Below, in pieces: positions 50,380-62,195 of a stretch of 64,000 bases of DNA. The translations under genes and the position numbers were made by a program. The stretch covers positions 21,454,001 through 21,518,000 of the forward strand of contig NC_058383.1 of the NCBI RefSeq assembly GCF_018350175.1, written 5' to 3'. The number at the start of each line of letters is the position of its first letter. The stretch's first letter is position 1. The notes under the pieces were generated by a model that saw only the letters and a list, made by a program, of their open reading frames with translations, was not told the DNA's origin and searched no databases. Source of the DNA: Felis catus (Eukaryota).

Positions 50380-50491
50380 GTGGAACCAAGCTCACAAATC
50401 TTCAGGAACCAACTTCCAGGGGCTTCCATCAAAAATAGATACCCTAAAGGAAGAGATGGATGAAGCTGGAAATAAAGTAGAGCAGTGCAAG
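50380..50491 (+). CDS. ARHGAP17: ARHGAP17 exon 7 (WNQAHKSSGTNFQGLPSKIDTLKEEMDEAGNKVEQCK), 112 nt
   Basis: gttttacag| ... AAG|gtacaa. Confidence 0.96.
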
Positions 50492-50705
50492 GTACAAGAC
50501 TTCCCTTATACATACGCACTTGCATCAGTCTGCTTTTTACAAATGATGGATGAAAGGCCAAACATTGCAGATTATTTAGTGTTTGGCACAAATACTCTGA
50601 GTGATATGAAAAATGCGTTCTAGTTTCTTCTGCCTTCTTTCTTTATTTTCCAAGACTGTATTACTTTATACTAAGAATAGCATAGCCTTTAAAAAAAATT
50701 TAAGT

Positions 50706-50872
50706 AGGGGGCGCCTGGGTGGTTCAGTCATTAAGGGTCCGACTTCGGCTCAGGTCATGATCTCGCGGTGCATGGGTTCAAGCCCCACGTTGGGCACTGT
50801 GCTAATAGCTCAGAGCCTGGAGCCTGCTTCCGATTCTGTGTCTCTCTCTTTCTCTGCCCCATGCCCTGCTTA

Positions 50873-50903
<31 letters not shown>

Positions 50904-50936
50904 GCTCGCTCGCTCAAAAATAAACATTTAAAAAAA
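50706..50936 (+). mobile_element. Can-SINE
   Basis: Full-length copy. Confidence 0.9.
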
Positions 50937-50995
50937 TTTTTTTTTAATTTTTTAAATGACAGAAATGTCTGAGCTTATTTAAAATAAAGAATAGA

Positions 50996-51225
50996 GGGGC
51001 GCCTGGGTGGCGCAGTCGGTTAAGCGTCCGACTTCAGCCAGGTCACGATCTCGCGGTCCGGGAGTTCGAGCCCCGCGTCGGGCTCTGGGCTGATGGCTCA
51101 GAGCCTGGAGCCTGTTTCCGATTCTGTGTCTCCCTCTCTCTCTGCCCCTCCCCCGTTCATGCTCTGTCTCTCTCTGTCCCAAAAATAAATAAACGTTGAA
51201 AAAAAAAAATTAAAAAAAATAAAAT
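50996..51225 (+). mobile_element. Young SINEC_Fc
   Basis: TSD aaaataaagaataga at 50981-50995 and 51226-51240. Confidence 0.95.
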
Positions 51226-51489
51226 AAAATAAAGAATAGATGGGGAAAAAAAGAAAACCATAGCAAACCATATAAAGTTACAACTGTTACAACAACGTAC
51301 ATAGGGGTGCCTGGCTGGTTCAGTTGGTGGAGTATGCAACTCTTGATCTCAGGGTTGTGAGTTCAAGCCCCATGTTGGGTGTAGAGATTACTTAAACAAA
51401 TCTTTAACAAAAATGCACAATAGGCACAAAAATAGATCTGTGGAATAGCATAGTTTTTCTAGAATCAATGCTATTACTTTATTTAAAAA

Positions 51490-51690
51490 ATTTTTTTTGT
51501 TTATTTTTGAGAGAGAGAGAGACAGAATGCAGAGGGCAGAGAGAGAGGAAGACACAGAATCCGAATCAGGCTCTAGGCTCTGAGCTGTCAGTACAGAGCC
51601 TGACATGGGGCTGGCACTTGTGAACTTCAAGATCGTGACCTGAGCCAAAGTCGGACGGACGCTCAACTGACTGAGCCATCCAGGCACCCC
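51490..51690 (-). mobile_element. Can-SINE
   Basis: TSD tcaatgctattacttta. Confidence 0.9.
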
Positions 51691-53213
51691 TCAATGCTAT
51701 TACTTTAAACAGTGGAATATACAGTAAAGAGGTCATCATATATCCGTAGAGAAGGGAAGAATTATTTTTTAAATGTTGCTGAGACAATTGGTTTGTAATT
51801 TGGGAGAAATACTATTTTTTATGTCATTAAATAAATTACAGATTAGATGGTTAAGTGATCTCATTCTCTGTACATCTATCTGTGAAGATAGATCTTTATT
51901 CTAAATGTTATTTGAGGTGTTAAAGAAACAGGTCTTTGGTGAGTCTTAGGGTCATTGACCTAAGCTTTTCTTCCTCTTACTATTCAGCATTTTTCCAAAA
52001 ATGGTCTCTATTCTATTAGATAGTGTTGGGACTGTTATATTTTAGTTTGTATAAGTCACGCTATAATTCATTCTTCAAGATAATGAATTTTAGGATCAAT
52101 TAACTGCAGTAAAATGAGTTGTTTAAAACTGAACTCACAAAGTCATGCCATAGCCTTTGCATTTGAAAAGATGACCTTCAGATAAATGCTTCTGATAAAA
52201 TGGTCTCATAGTGGCTTATTCCTGTGCAGAAGAGTTACAGAGGTCTTGGGAGTCTGGACTGGTGCATTATGGGCTGATGTGTCTTCTCTCGACTTCCACC
52301 CCAGAGCTTCTCAATTCAGATGGTGAAAACTTGTGAAAATATCTTCTGTCTCTGTATGCTAACTCTGGGTAATTTCCCAACATCTAAGTTCTGTTTCACT
52401 GATTTTCTCCTTAGCTAAGTCTCATCTGCTGTATAATTAATCAACATTGAGTTTGGAATTTCATTTACTGCATTTTTCCATTCAAATTTCTTCAGGTCAG
52501 CCTTTTTTGATACTATGATATTGTTCTCTAGTGCCTGTTTTTTTTTTTTTTTTTTTTAATGTCTTTAACCATTTTATGTATACTTACTGTAAGAATTTTG
52601 GTAATTCTGTTTCCTCAGTGAGAGTGGTGGGAGTTTACTTCATGGTGGATTGTTTCTTCCTGTGTTTTGCAATTTTGTATTGTGAGTTCATTTTAAGAGA
52701 GACTTTATCTGTGGGACTCTTAAGGATTGGGAGTGACTTTCCCTACAGAGTATTACCAGTTCAAGGCCATTTTTAACTAACTTTAACTTTCTCAGTTTGA
52801 GGATTCCTGAACCACACGTATTATAAACATAGACTTCAGACCTTCATGGAATCAGGCTGTATTTGTAAAATCCAGGAAAATATTTTTACTTTCCCAATGC
52901 AAAACACATATACTCTATTCTTTCCATATGCTACTGAGCGAATATTTTCTGATCCACCCTTCCGCTGAGGATATAGTTTCTCAGGGATCTTTGTGTGTGA
53001 TGTGAGCATACTTGTCAGTTACAGTTCCTCACCTTGCCGGACCCAAGGCTTCATTTTCTGTCCTCTGACTCCACGTGACTGCCAGACTCCAACACCTTGG
53101 CCATCAAGAGTGGCATAGACCCACCCAGGTCATCCCCAGCTTCCACTTGTCAGGCCTTTTCCTTTAAAAAAAAAATTTAATGCTTCAAGTTTTTATTTAA
53201 ATTCTAGTTAGTT

Positions 53214-53451
53214 GGGGCGCCTGGGTGGCGCAGTCGGTTAAGCGTCCGACTTCAGCCAGGTCACGATCTCGCAGTCCGTGAGTTCGAGCCCCGCGTCGGG
53301 CTCTGGGCTGATGGCTCAGAGCCTGGAGCCTGTTTCCGATTCTGTGTCTCCCTCTCTCTCTCTGCCCCTCCCCCGTTCATGCTCTGTCTCTCTCTGTCCC
53401 AAAAATAAATAAACGTTAAAAAATAATAATAAATAAAAATAAATAAATAAA
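53214..53451 (+). mobile_element. Young SINEC_Fc inserted near the 3' end of an L1
   Basis: TSD taaattctagttagtt at 53198-53213 and 53452-53467. Confidence 0.95.
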
Positions 53452-53824
53452 TAAATTCTAGTTAGTTAACATACAGTGTAATATTGGTTTCAGGAGTAGA
53501 ATTTAGTGGTTCATCACTTACATACAACACCCAGTGCTCATGCCAACAAGTACCCTCCATAATGCCCATCACTCATTTAGTCTAACCCCTGCCCACCTCC
53601 CACCAGCAACGCTCAGTTTTTTCTCTGTCGTTAAGAGTCTCTGGGGCCCCTGGTTGGCTCAGTTGGCAGAGCATGTGACCCTTGATCTTGGCGTCGTGAG
53701 TTCAAGCCCCATGTTGGGTGTGGAGCTTACTTTAAAAAAAGTCGCTTTTATCGTTTACCTCCCTCTCTTTTTCTTTCTCCTATGTTCATCTGTTTTGTTT
53801 CTTAAATTCCACTTATGAGTGAAA
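53452..53824 (-). mobile_element. Carnivore L1 3' UTR fragment with a nested short Can-SINE (53643-53740)
   Basis: catacaacacccagtgctcat...ttaagagtct...cttaaattccacttatgagtgaaa. Confidence 0.82.
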
Positions 53825-54440
53825 GGCCTTCTCTCTTCCTTTGTTTTCTTTCTCCTCTGCCCTGCCCTCTTTCTCTTTTCTTTCTCTCCCTTTCTTTTTT
53901 GGAGATGTGTGGCGGGTCTCCATGAATTTACTCCATTGCTTTCCCAGTTATTCTAAACGAATGTTTGTTGCTCCCAACTAGCATTTCTAAGTTTTTTCAT
54001 AAATGAGAAGGGCCTTCATGTTAATTTGTGCACCTTGATGCTAAAAACAGAAGGCAGTACATTTTATAAATATATACATATTTAATTCAAATACAATCTA
54101 ATTCAAATATAATATAGGAAACATATATATATGCATATATATATATATACACAATTGCCTAATCTATCACTTTTAAGCAAATTATTTAATTTTTATAAGC
54201 AATTCATCTACATTAGTTCAAGTATCAAAAGCATAAAGCAATATACAGTAAGTCTTTCTTCCACCCTTGTCCTGCTTCTACTGAATTTCCTCTGCTCCTA
54301 AAAGGTAACCTCGATTGCCAATTTCTTGTTTTTTCTTCCGGAGATATTTTTATGCTAATGTGGCAGCAAAAATATAACATTTTTTTTCTCTCCTATTTTT
54401 ACACAGGTGGTAACATAGCATAACTAATGCTCTATACTTG

Positions 54441-54892
54441 TTTTTTTTTTAATGTTTATTTATTTTGAGAGAGAGAGTGGGGCAGGGGCAGAGGGAGACA
54501 GAGAGAGAGAGAGAATCCCAAGCAGGCTCTGCACTGTCAGCACAGAGCCCAATGCAGGGTTCAATCTCATGAACCATGAGATCAGGACCTGAGCTAAAAT
54601 CAAGAGTCTGGATGCTAAACCGACTGAACGACCCAGGCACCCCTATACTTCACTTCTTTTTTTTCTTTTTCTTTTCTTTTTTTTTTTTTTTTTTATGCTT
54701 ATTTATTTATTTTGAGAGAGAGAACCAGCCAGCATGGGGAGAGGCAGAGAGAGAGGACAGAGAGAAAGGATCCCAACCAGGCTCCAAACTGTCAGCGCAG
54801 AGCCCGACGTGGGGCTCAATTTCACCAACTGTGAGATCATGACCTGAGCTGGAATTAAGAGTTGGACACTTAACAGATTGAGCCACCCAGGT
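54441..54892 (-). mobile_element. Two tandem Can-SINEs
   Basis: Two reverse heads; tatacttcacttct flanks the second copy. Confidence 0.88.
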
Positions 54893-55135
54893 GGCTGTAT
54901 ATACTTCACTTCTTAATAAGGAGTATTAACCGTGTATCTTGGAGATCTTCCCACATCATTCCCCTAATAAGCTTCCTTTTTTGTTGTTGCTGTTGTCCCA
55001 ATGTATGGTTATACCAGGCAATTGATGGACGTTTAATCTGTGGCTCTTTCCATGACGTTTTGCTCTAAGAGCTCATGGATATTAATTCTCAGATGTCATT
55101 TTCTTCAGTGACCTCTCTTCTCTTCCACTCACCAG

Positions 55136-55204
55136 GACCAGCTTGCAGCGGACATGTACAACTTTATGGCCAAAGAAGGGGAGTATGGCAAATTCTTCAT
55201 TACG
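55136..55204 (+). CDS. ARHGAP17: ARHGAP17 exon 8 (DQLAADMYNFMAKEGEYGKFFIT), 69 nt
   Basis: cactcaccag| ... ACG|gtaagc. Confidence 0.96.
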
Positions 55205-55377
55205 GTAAGCACCTGGCCTTGACAAAGTATGAAAACATCGTAAAAATGGAGTCATTTTAGTTTTTTTGTTTTGTTTTGTTTTGCAAAAGATTTCATTTTT
55301 GGTTTTGCTCAGCCATTGTGTGTGTGTCCATCCGATGCTAACGTTGCTTTTGTTTTTGAATGTGGGTCTGTTCTCAG

Positions 55378-55459
55378 TTATTAGAAGCCCAAGCAGATTA
55401 CCATAGAAAAGCATTAGCAGTCTTAGAAAAGGCCCTTCCCGAAATGCGAGCCCATCAAG
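55378..55459 (+). CDS. ARHGAP17: ARHGAP17 exon 9 (LLEAQADYHRKALAVLEKALPEMRAHQ), 82 nt, end of BAR domain
   Basis: gttctcag| ... G|gtaatg. Confidence 0.96.
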
Positions 55460-58400
55460 GTAATGTAACCTGCGTGCTGGCTGATGCCTCCTTTTTGCCT
55501 CTGCCACTTGCGCTCTGTTCTTCTTCACCCTGACTCCTTTGCATGCATTTCCTTTGGATAACGCCTTTGTCCTCGGAGAATACTGTTTCCCAGCATAATC
55601 TCATCTTTCCTCGCCGCGTTCTCTAATTTCTTCCAAACCCAAATTAACATACTAATGGGACATGTGCAATTCTGACATGTTCAGTTGCTGGACCCTTTGG
55701 GGGAGTACCTGTATGTGTTTTCATGTCTTCTCCTTTTCTGGGTCAGTTATTTGTTCCCTTGGGTTTAACTCTGACCCTGCGACTCCAAGAGCATACATTC
55801 TGGGGAAAATACTGGACTTTGCGAAAGGGATTTTTAGAAGCCAGTACTTGATAGCCCTTCATCAGGCACTCAGTTGGTGGGAATGAGCCATGAGGCCATA
55901 GACAACTTCCTTCCCCCTCTGCCTTGCCTGCATACAAGGCTCTTGTTCTCAGCACTCACATTCTGCCCTCCATACTCAGGCTTTCAGCAGACTTTACCCA
56001 CAAGTCATGAGTGGACTGAACTTCCTTCTGATGTTTAGTTTTAGCCCAACATTAGAGCTTTTGATTCTCATTTTTTCATTTGCCATCAGAGCATCTGCCA
56101 GCAGAGATCCGAAAACCTGGTTGAGGCAGAAGTTAGTCTGTCTTCTTTGGACCTATTGTACTGTTTGGTTGTGTAGACCCCGCATTTGGAGCCTAGGTTC
56201 CCCCTGCAGAACCTTTGGTCTCAAGCCAGGTGCTGAGCGCAGTGACTCTGTGATCGCGAAAGAGAGCGAGCGTGTGTGGGTGTGCACGCACACCGGCACC
56301 CTCAACGACGCCACTTCTCTACATTTGAGGAGGCCCCGATCTGCATAGGCCGATCTCCACCCAGCTTGAGTGCACGCGTCTGATGAGCTCTTCCTAGGGC
56401 AAGCTGCTCTTGCTCTCCTACGTGATCCGGTTCCCTCGTCTGTGGATGATGAGGTCAAGTCCCCGTGCAAGGGAATGAAGCTGCTGGCGTACATCCAGCC
56501 TTGCAAGGGGCAGGCTCTTGCCGGGCAAGTCCTGAGCTCCAGGAGTGTGTATTTATGGGATACCTACCGTGTGCCTGGCCCCATGTAGGACAAGATGGTA
56601 ACCGTCATCATCTTAGCCTTTGAATGAATTAAAATCTGGTTTGGAGCTGACGAACAAGCACAGCAAAAGGGAAGATTGGGTTTTGTGAGCAGGACTTAAA
56701 AAAAAAAAACAACCCAAAACAACCTCTTTTTTTCCCAAGGCTGTTTTCCCTAGAGAAGTAGGTCAGCCAGTGACAGGGAACAGGAAAGTTCATTGTTAGG
56801 GCTGTGCTCTTCCCCCTCCTGCCCTCCTTGTCCCCAGAGCCCCTTCCTGGTGACAGTTCCCATCTCACCAGCGTCTTCGGCCTCACGGCCTCCTCAGTGC
56901 TGGTGCCCTCGGAGGGCCTGCTGTGCCCCGAAACTCCACACATTCTTCCCCTCATGCCAGCTGTCCCTTCGTCCTCCGGCTCTCCCGAGTGCCGCCTTTC
57001 TCCAAACCGTCTGGGCTTGGACTTGGAGCCACCGGCTGCCGGGGTCTGCCCTTTCTGCCTTCTGCTAGGCCTTCTCCTCCTCTCATGCCGTCCCCCCGGG
57101 CCTCTGTCACTTCACGTGTCAACTGTGGAATCAGATATCACTTCTGAGACTCAAGGTCCCTGGACCTTTCTCAGCTGGTCTTCCTTGGTCTGTTTCATTC
57201 ATCTAAGCCCCCCTCCTTTGAGAAGCCTTCTCTGAAGCCAACAGCACACACCTTGTCTCCTGAGTCACTCTAGCATCTGTGGTCTATGCCAGAAGTCGCA
57301 AACAGCCACATCTCATTAAAAAAAAAATGTTGCCATCATTGAAACACCAGACGCCTTCAGGTAGCAATCTGGTTTCTGGCTTCTCCTGGAAGTTGTGGGA
57401 GTCTGGCAACCCTGGATCTGTTTTCTTACATGGCAGCGTGGGTCGGGCGCCAGGCGCAGGGCTGGTATGTCCCTGGCCCCTGTGGACAACTGCATTTGTG
57501 ACCCTCATCTATACCATTTTTTGGCCGTGACTTAGCAAACATGCGTTGTCTTGTGAATGAATGTTGTACGTTTACGTGTGTGTCTTATATTTATTTGGGG
57601 GGGGGGGTGTTGTGAACTGTGGGTGCCGCTGTGGCAGCCAGCACTTGACTGGTCTGTTGTGTGAGAGGCCGGCATCCTCAGGGCAGTTTGGCTCAGGAGT
57701 CGTCTAGGTCACTGGTTCTCACGTCCACCCTCTGCCAACATTACACCGCGGTGGGGGGCAGGGCACACCATAGAGTGTTTAGTAGAAAGTTCCAGCAGGT
57801 GTTTGGAGAACACCCAGCCCTTGCCGCCACGGAGTCAGGCATGTGGGGTGGCCGTGATGGCAGGTGCCATTTGCAGAACTCCCCTGGGGCACTCTGATGT
57901 ATCTCCCAGGGGAGGGGTCATGTGGCCGTTTTCTGCCTGATTGAGAATCCTCGTTTTAGATGAAAGGGACAATGTATGCGGGGGAAGGTCTGGCCTCTGA
58001 GAGGGCTGTCACGGAGAAGGGCCAGGCCCCTGGATGCTCTTGCTGCTAGGAATTACGCTGACCATGGCTGGGGCTGGGGCCGGGGCCAGGGCCAGAGATG
58101 AGGAGGGCGCCTGCCTCTCTTGCCCTCACCTCTCTTCAACCGGGACCCCACTCGCTCTTCCCATCGATTCTAGCCTTGCACAAGCTCTCAGGCCCAGGGA
58201 CCTGGGGATTCCATTCTTCTTCCTCCCACTATGTGCAGATCACACGATGGGGCCTGTCCCTGCTCTTTTGTGTAGTGGAGTCTAAGAGGACACACCAGGG
58301 TGATCGTGCCTGCTTTGAACTCGTGGTTCGAACAGCAGAGCGGCTGAAGGATAATTGTCCATTGGTGGTGCGGAGGAGGACGGGAACCTTTCCCGTCACC

Positions 58401-59308
58401 GGAAGGAACTAAGTGTTCCTCAGCTGAGCATTTTTCTTGGGCCGGTTTCCCCTCTTCTGCGTCCGTGTGCTTCTTGGGCAGCGGTAGATATGCACAGGAC
58501 CCGCAGGCGGGCCAGACCCAACCGAGTGCTTCTCATCCCAATGGGACACATCCATTCGCTAAACTCTTGTTTCTGTTTTGCTGCTTTATTGTATGTATTT
58601 CTGCTAAGCTGCCTCAAATCTCTTATGGAGTGGAGCAGAGTATGTGACCCCAAAATAATATAAATATAAATGATCGCTTTACTGCTGGCACAGGCTTCAG
58701 CCTCAGCTGCTTTGGGGCTGCGGATCCCGCGTTGTTCCCTACGCAGAATGTTTGGGACCTGTCTGGGGCTCCGGCATTCAGAAGCACTGCATGTCACGGA
58801 GACGTTGCATTTGCTAAGAGTTCCCATCGGCCATCTTCTGGTCTTGTGTGATGATGCTTGGCTTGTGTTTAAAATCTTAAGAAGTTATTTCCTCTTGCAC
58901 TGAGGGAGTCCCCTAGATGGAAGGCCAGTGCTGCTTTGCATGGCTGGAATCAGTTTCCTTCCAGTGAAATCAGGGTGCCTAGACGCATCCTCGGTGTAGG
59001 GCCAGGCAGCCCACCAGTCCCATGCAGGAGCACCCTCGTGACTTCAGCTGGGCCGCTCTCACGGGGTGCCACAGAGGGTGTTCAGGGCTTCTGCTCTGCA
59101 AGTAACCTCCCAGCCCCATGCCTATTTTTGCTCTAGTAAATGGTAAACAGCAAAAGCAAACAGAACAGATGTTTCCCCTTTTCCCAAAGCCTCAACCACC
59201 AGTCCGCTTAAAAAAAAAGATCCCCTTTGGTAATTTGGGGAAGGAAAAAGACTCCCCATTGATGCCGTGAGGTTGTTGGGTGTCTCACTGGATGCTTTGC
59301 TGCTCTAG

Positions 59309-59436
59309 ATAAGTGGGCGGAAAAGCCAGCCTTTGGGACTCCTTTGCAAGAGCACCTGAAGCGGAGCGGGCGTGAGATCGCATTGCCCATCGAGGCCTGT
59401 GTCATGCTGCTTCTGGAGACAGGCATGAAGGAGGAG
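59309..59436 (+). CDS. ARHGAP17: ARHGAP17 exon 10 (DKWAEKPAFGTPLQEHLKRSGREIALPIEACVMLLLETGMKEE), 128 nt, start of RhoGAP domain
   Basis: gctctag| ... GAG|gtaagg; FGxPL RhoGAP start motif. Confidence 0.96.
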
Positions 59437-59898
59437 GTAAGGGCGCCGAGCGGGCCTGCTTGCCGCCGTCTGTACTGTGTAGACCCGTTGGTGGTTTTCC
59501 CACATTTTGAGACCCTGCACATTAGACACTGTGAATAAAACCAAATTCATAGGAAAGCAATACTTACCCTTCCCGCCTGCAGTACCCTCTGACTTTCTTT
59601 TGTCCCCTTGATTGTTTCACGTTAGACTCTGGCTGTGATTTGTGGCATTGACTTTCATGATGCATTACATGGACCAGAGCTTCCGTGAACTTTGTTCGTA
59701 GCGAGAATCTTACCCTCGTGTGGTACTGTGCAGTTTTGGTGGAGGTTTATTTCATGGGTATGGTAGAAAAACCCAGGAGCCGAGCAGGTCTTGTTACTTA
59801 CTCCCTGTGTAGATAAGGAATTCGGCACACATCCCCATGGGGGGATGAAAATCAAATGCCGAGTCTTTTTTTTTTTTTTCCTTTTAAGAACCGTATTG

Positions 59899-60125
59899 AG
59901 GAGCGCCTGGGTGGCTCAGTCGGTTAAGCATCCGACTTCGGCTCAGGTCATGATCTCGCGGTCCGTGAGTTCGAGCCCCACATCAGGCTCTGTGCTGACA
60001 GCTCAGAGGCTGGAGCCTGTTTCAGATTCTGTGTCTCCCTCTCTCTCTGACCCTCCCCTGTTCATGCTGTCTCTCCCTGTCTCAAAAATAAATAAATGTT
60101 AAAAAAAAAAAATTAAAAAAAAAAA
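59899..60125 (+). mobile_element. Can-SINE
   Basis: Degenerate TSD aagaac(c/t)gta(t/c)tga. Confidence 0.9.
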
Positions 60126-60318
60126 GAACTGTACTGAAGTATAATGTAGATAGAAAAATGTATGTATCATAAGTGATGCATTGATAAATGTTAACAAACT
60201 GAGCCTACCTGTGTGATCAGCATCCAGATCAAGGAACACTCTAGAAGCCCTCTTGTGTTTGCTTCTAGGCACTGCCCCATCCCCCACTGACATGACCCCA
60301 ACTTCTAGTAGCCGAGAT

Positions 60319-60542
60319 CAGAGCTTCTCAGCCGGGGCTAAATTTTTTCCCCTTTTGGGAGCGATTTGGCGAAGTCTGGACACATTTTTGATTGTCACGA
60401 TCTTGGAGGGGGGTTGCTCCTGGCCTCTAGTGGGCAGAGACCAGGGCTGCTGCTAATAAGCAGCCTGCAACGCACAGGACAGGACCATGATGAGGAATTA
60501 CCGCTCCTGAAATGTCAGTACTGCTGAGACTGAGGAACCCTG
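60319..60542 (+). mobile_element. MER20
   Basis: gtctggacacatttttgattgtcac...ctagtgggcagagaccaggg...aatgtcagta. Confidence 0.85.
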
Positions 60543-61033
60543 CCTAGATTTGTTTTGCTTAAAACCCGAATCTCATAACTCCTGGACCAGTGTCTTCACA
60601 GTCCTGCCTTTCTTGGGCGACCTTCACGTGTTTTTCTCCAAGTAACTTTTAGAGCAGTGAAAGTGACTAAGGGGCCTAGTCTAACAATTTCTCATGAGAT
60701 GTCCATCTCATGAGATGTTTTTTTAAACAAAAGAATCCTAAATTTAGAAAATCTGTAGCAATCAGCCTTGTGGAAGTATAAAATAGCGCATTTAGACTTC
60801 TAACAGAGACAGGTATTTTAGCAGCGGGGCAGGGCACGAGCGCTCGCTGATCGGGAATGCGCTGCTCTCTGCCTGCGCTTGTCCTCGTCACCCTTCCTGG
60901 CAACCCTACAAGGCAGGCAGTGTTCCCGCCCTCGGAGAGGGGTCTGCAGGGCCGGGGCAGAAGGCTCTTCCATCGGATTTGTACTGCCGCCCCCAACTTG
61001 AACTTGACACTGATGGCTTTTTGTTGTCTTCAG

Positions 61034-61145
61034 GGCCTTTTCCGAATTGGAGCTGGGGCCTCCAAGTTAAAGAAACTGAAAGCTGCTTTAGACTGCTCCA
61101 CTTCTCATCTGGATGAGTTCTACTCAGACCCCCACGCTGTAGCAG
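61034..61145 (+). CDS. ARHGAP17: ARHGAP17 exon 11 (GLFRIGAGASKLKKLKAALDCSTSHLDEFYSDPHAVAG), 112 nt, contains the arginine finger
   Basis: gtcttcag| ... G|gtgagc; EGLFR motif. Confidence 0.97.
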
Positions 61146-61222
61146 GTGAGCCGCAAGGAGTCGCCCTCAGGGTGGGTGGCAGGTCGCATCTCAGACAGAG
61201 CATCAGTCAAAAATCCAGTTCT

Positions 61223-61350
61223 GGGGGCGCCTGGGTGGCTCAGTCAGTTAAGCATCCGACTCTTGATCTCAGCTCAGGTCATGATCCCAGGGTCAGACAT
61301 TCAAGCCCTGTGTTGGGTTCTGTGCTGAGTGTGGAGCCTACTTAAAAAAA
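61223..61350 (+). mobile_element. Short Can-SINE
   Basis: tRNA-like head directly followed by A tail. Confidence 0.85.
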
Positions 61351-61539
61351 ATTTTTTTTTTCATTTTAGGTTTAAGTGACAGATAAAATTGAAATGGTCT
61401 CCCTGTATAAGTTTAATTGGAAAAAACTGAAAGGAGAAATAGAACAGTATGCAACTCTTGATCTTAGGGTCATGGGTTCGAACCCCACATGGGGTGTAGA
61501 GATTACTTAAATGAATAAAACTTTTTTAAAAAGCTGAGT

Positions 61540-61541
<2 letters not shown>

Positions 61542-61584
<43 letters not shown>
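61542..61584. repeat. (CA)n microsatellite, about 21 units
   Basis: Read directly. Confidence 0.97.
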
Positions 61585-61586
<2 letters not shown>

Positions 61587-61697
61587 CTTTTCTGTTCTGG
61601 AGGGTTTATTTGTTTCTTTGTTTTCCTGATTATTACGTAAAAGGTAAAGGTGGTTTATAATCCAGATATTTGGAGACATGCTTGTATTTCCTTCCCT

Positions 61698-61905
61698 TCT
61701 TTTTTTTTTTAATGTTTATTTTTGAGTGAGAGAGCACAAGCAGGGGAGGGGCAGAGAGAGAGGGAGACAGAATCTGAAGCAGGCTCCAGGCTCTAGGCTC
61801 TGAGCTGTCAGCACAGAGCCCGACAAGGGACTCGAACCCATGAACTGTAAGATCATGACCTGAGCTGAAGTCAGATGTTCAACTGACTGAGACCCCAAGT
61901 GCCCC
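61698..61905 (-). mobile_element. Can-SINE
   Basis: Reverse copy. Confidence 0.88.
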
Positions 61906-62195
61906 TTTCCTTCCTTTCTTTCACCTTCAGACTCGAGATCTTCCTGGGGAAGTGATGTCTATTAGAAGGTGACTTTGAAGCTAATTTTATTTTCCATTGA
62001 TCTCTCTCTATATTATACCAGAGACAGAATTTGTTTTAGGAGCACCTAATTCTCTAGCCACTCCCGCTGGTTAGTGGCTTGTTCTAGATACTCTCGGAAG
62101 GTGGTAACTGAGATCATTTCAGCTTGCAAAGTAACACGTCCCAGATTCCCATGCTTACCCCTGGACATACTCAAAGTGAGTGTTAATAATTCCAG

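Noticed and set aside
55205..55377. Retention of the 173-nt intron 8 (would add VSTWP then stop)
   Set aside because: Both splice sites look good and nothing in the sequence favours retention
60690..60718. Tandem tctcatgagatgt containing a 14-bp palindrome
   Set aside because: Too short; consistent with a slippage duplication
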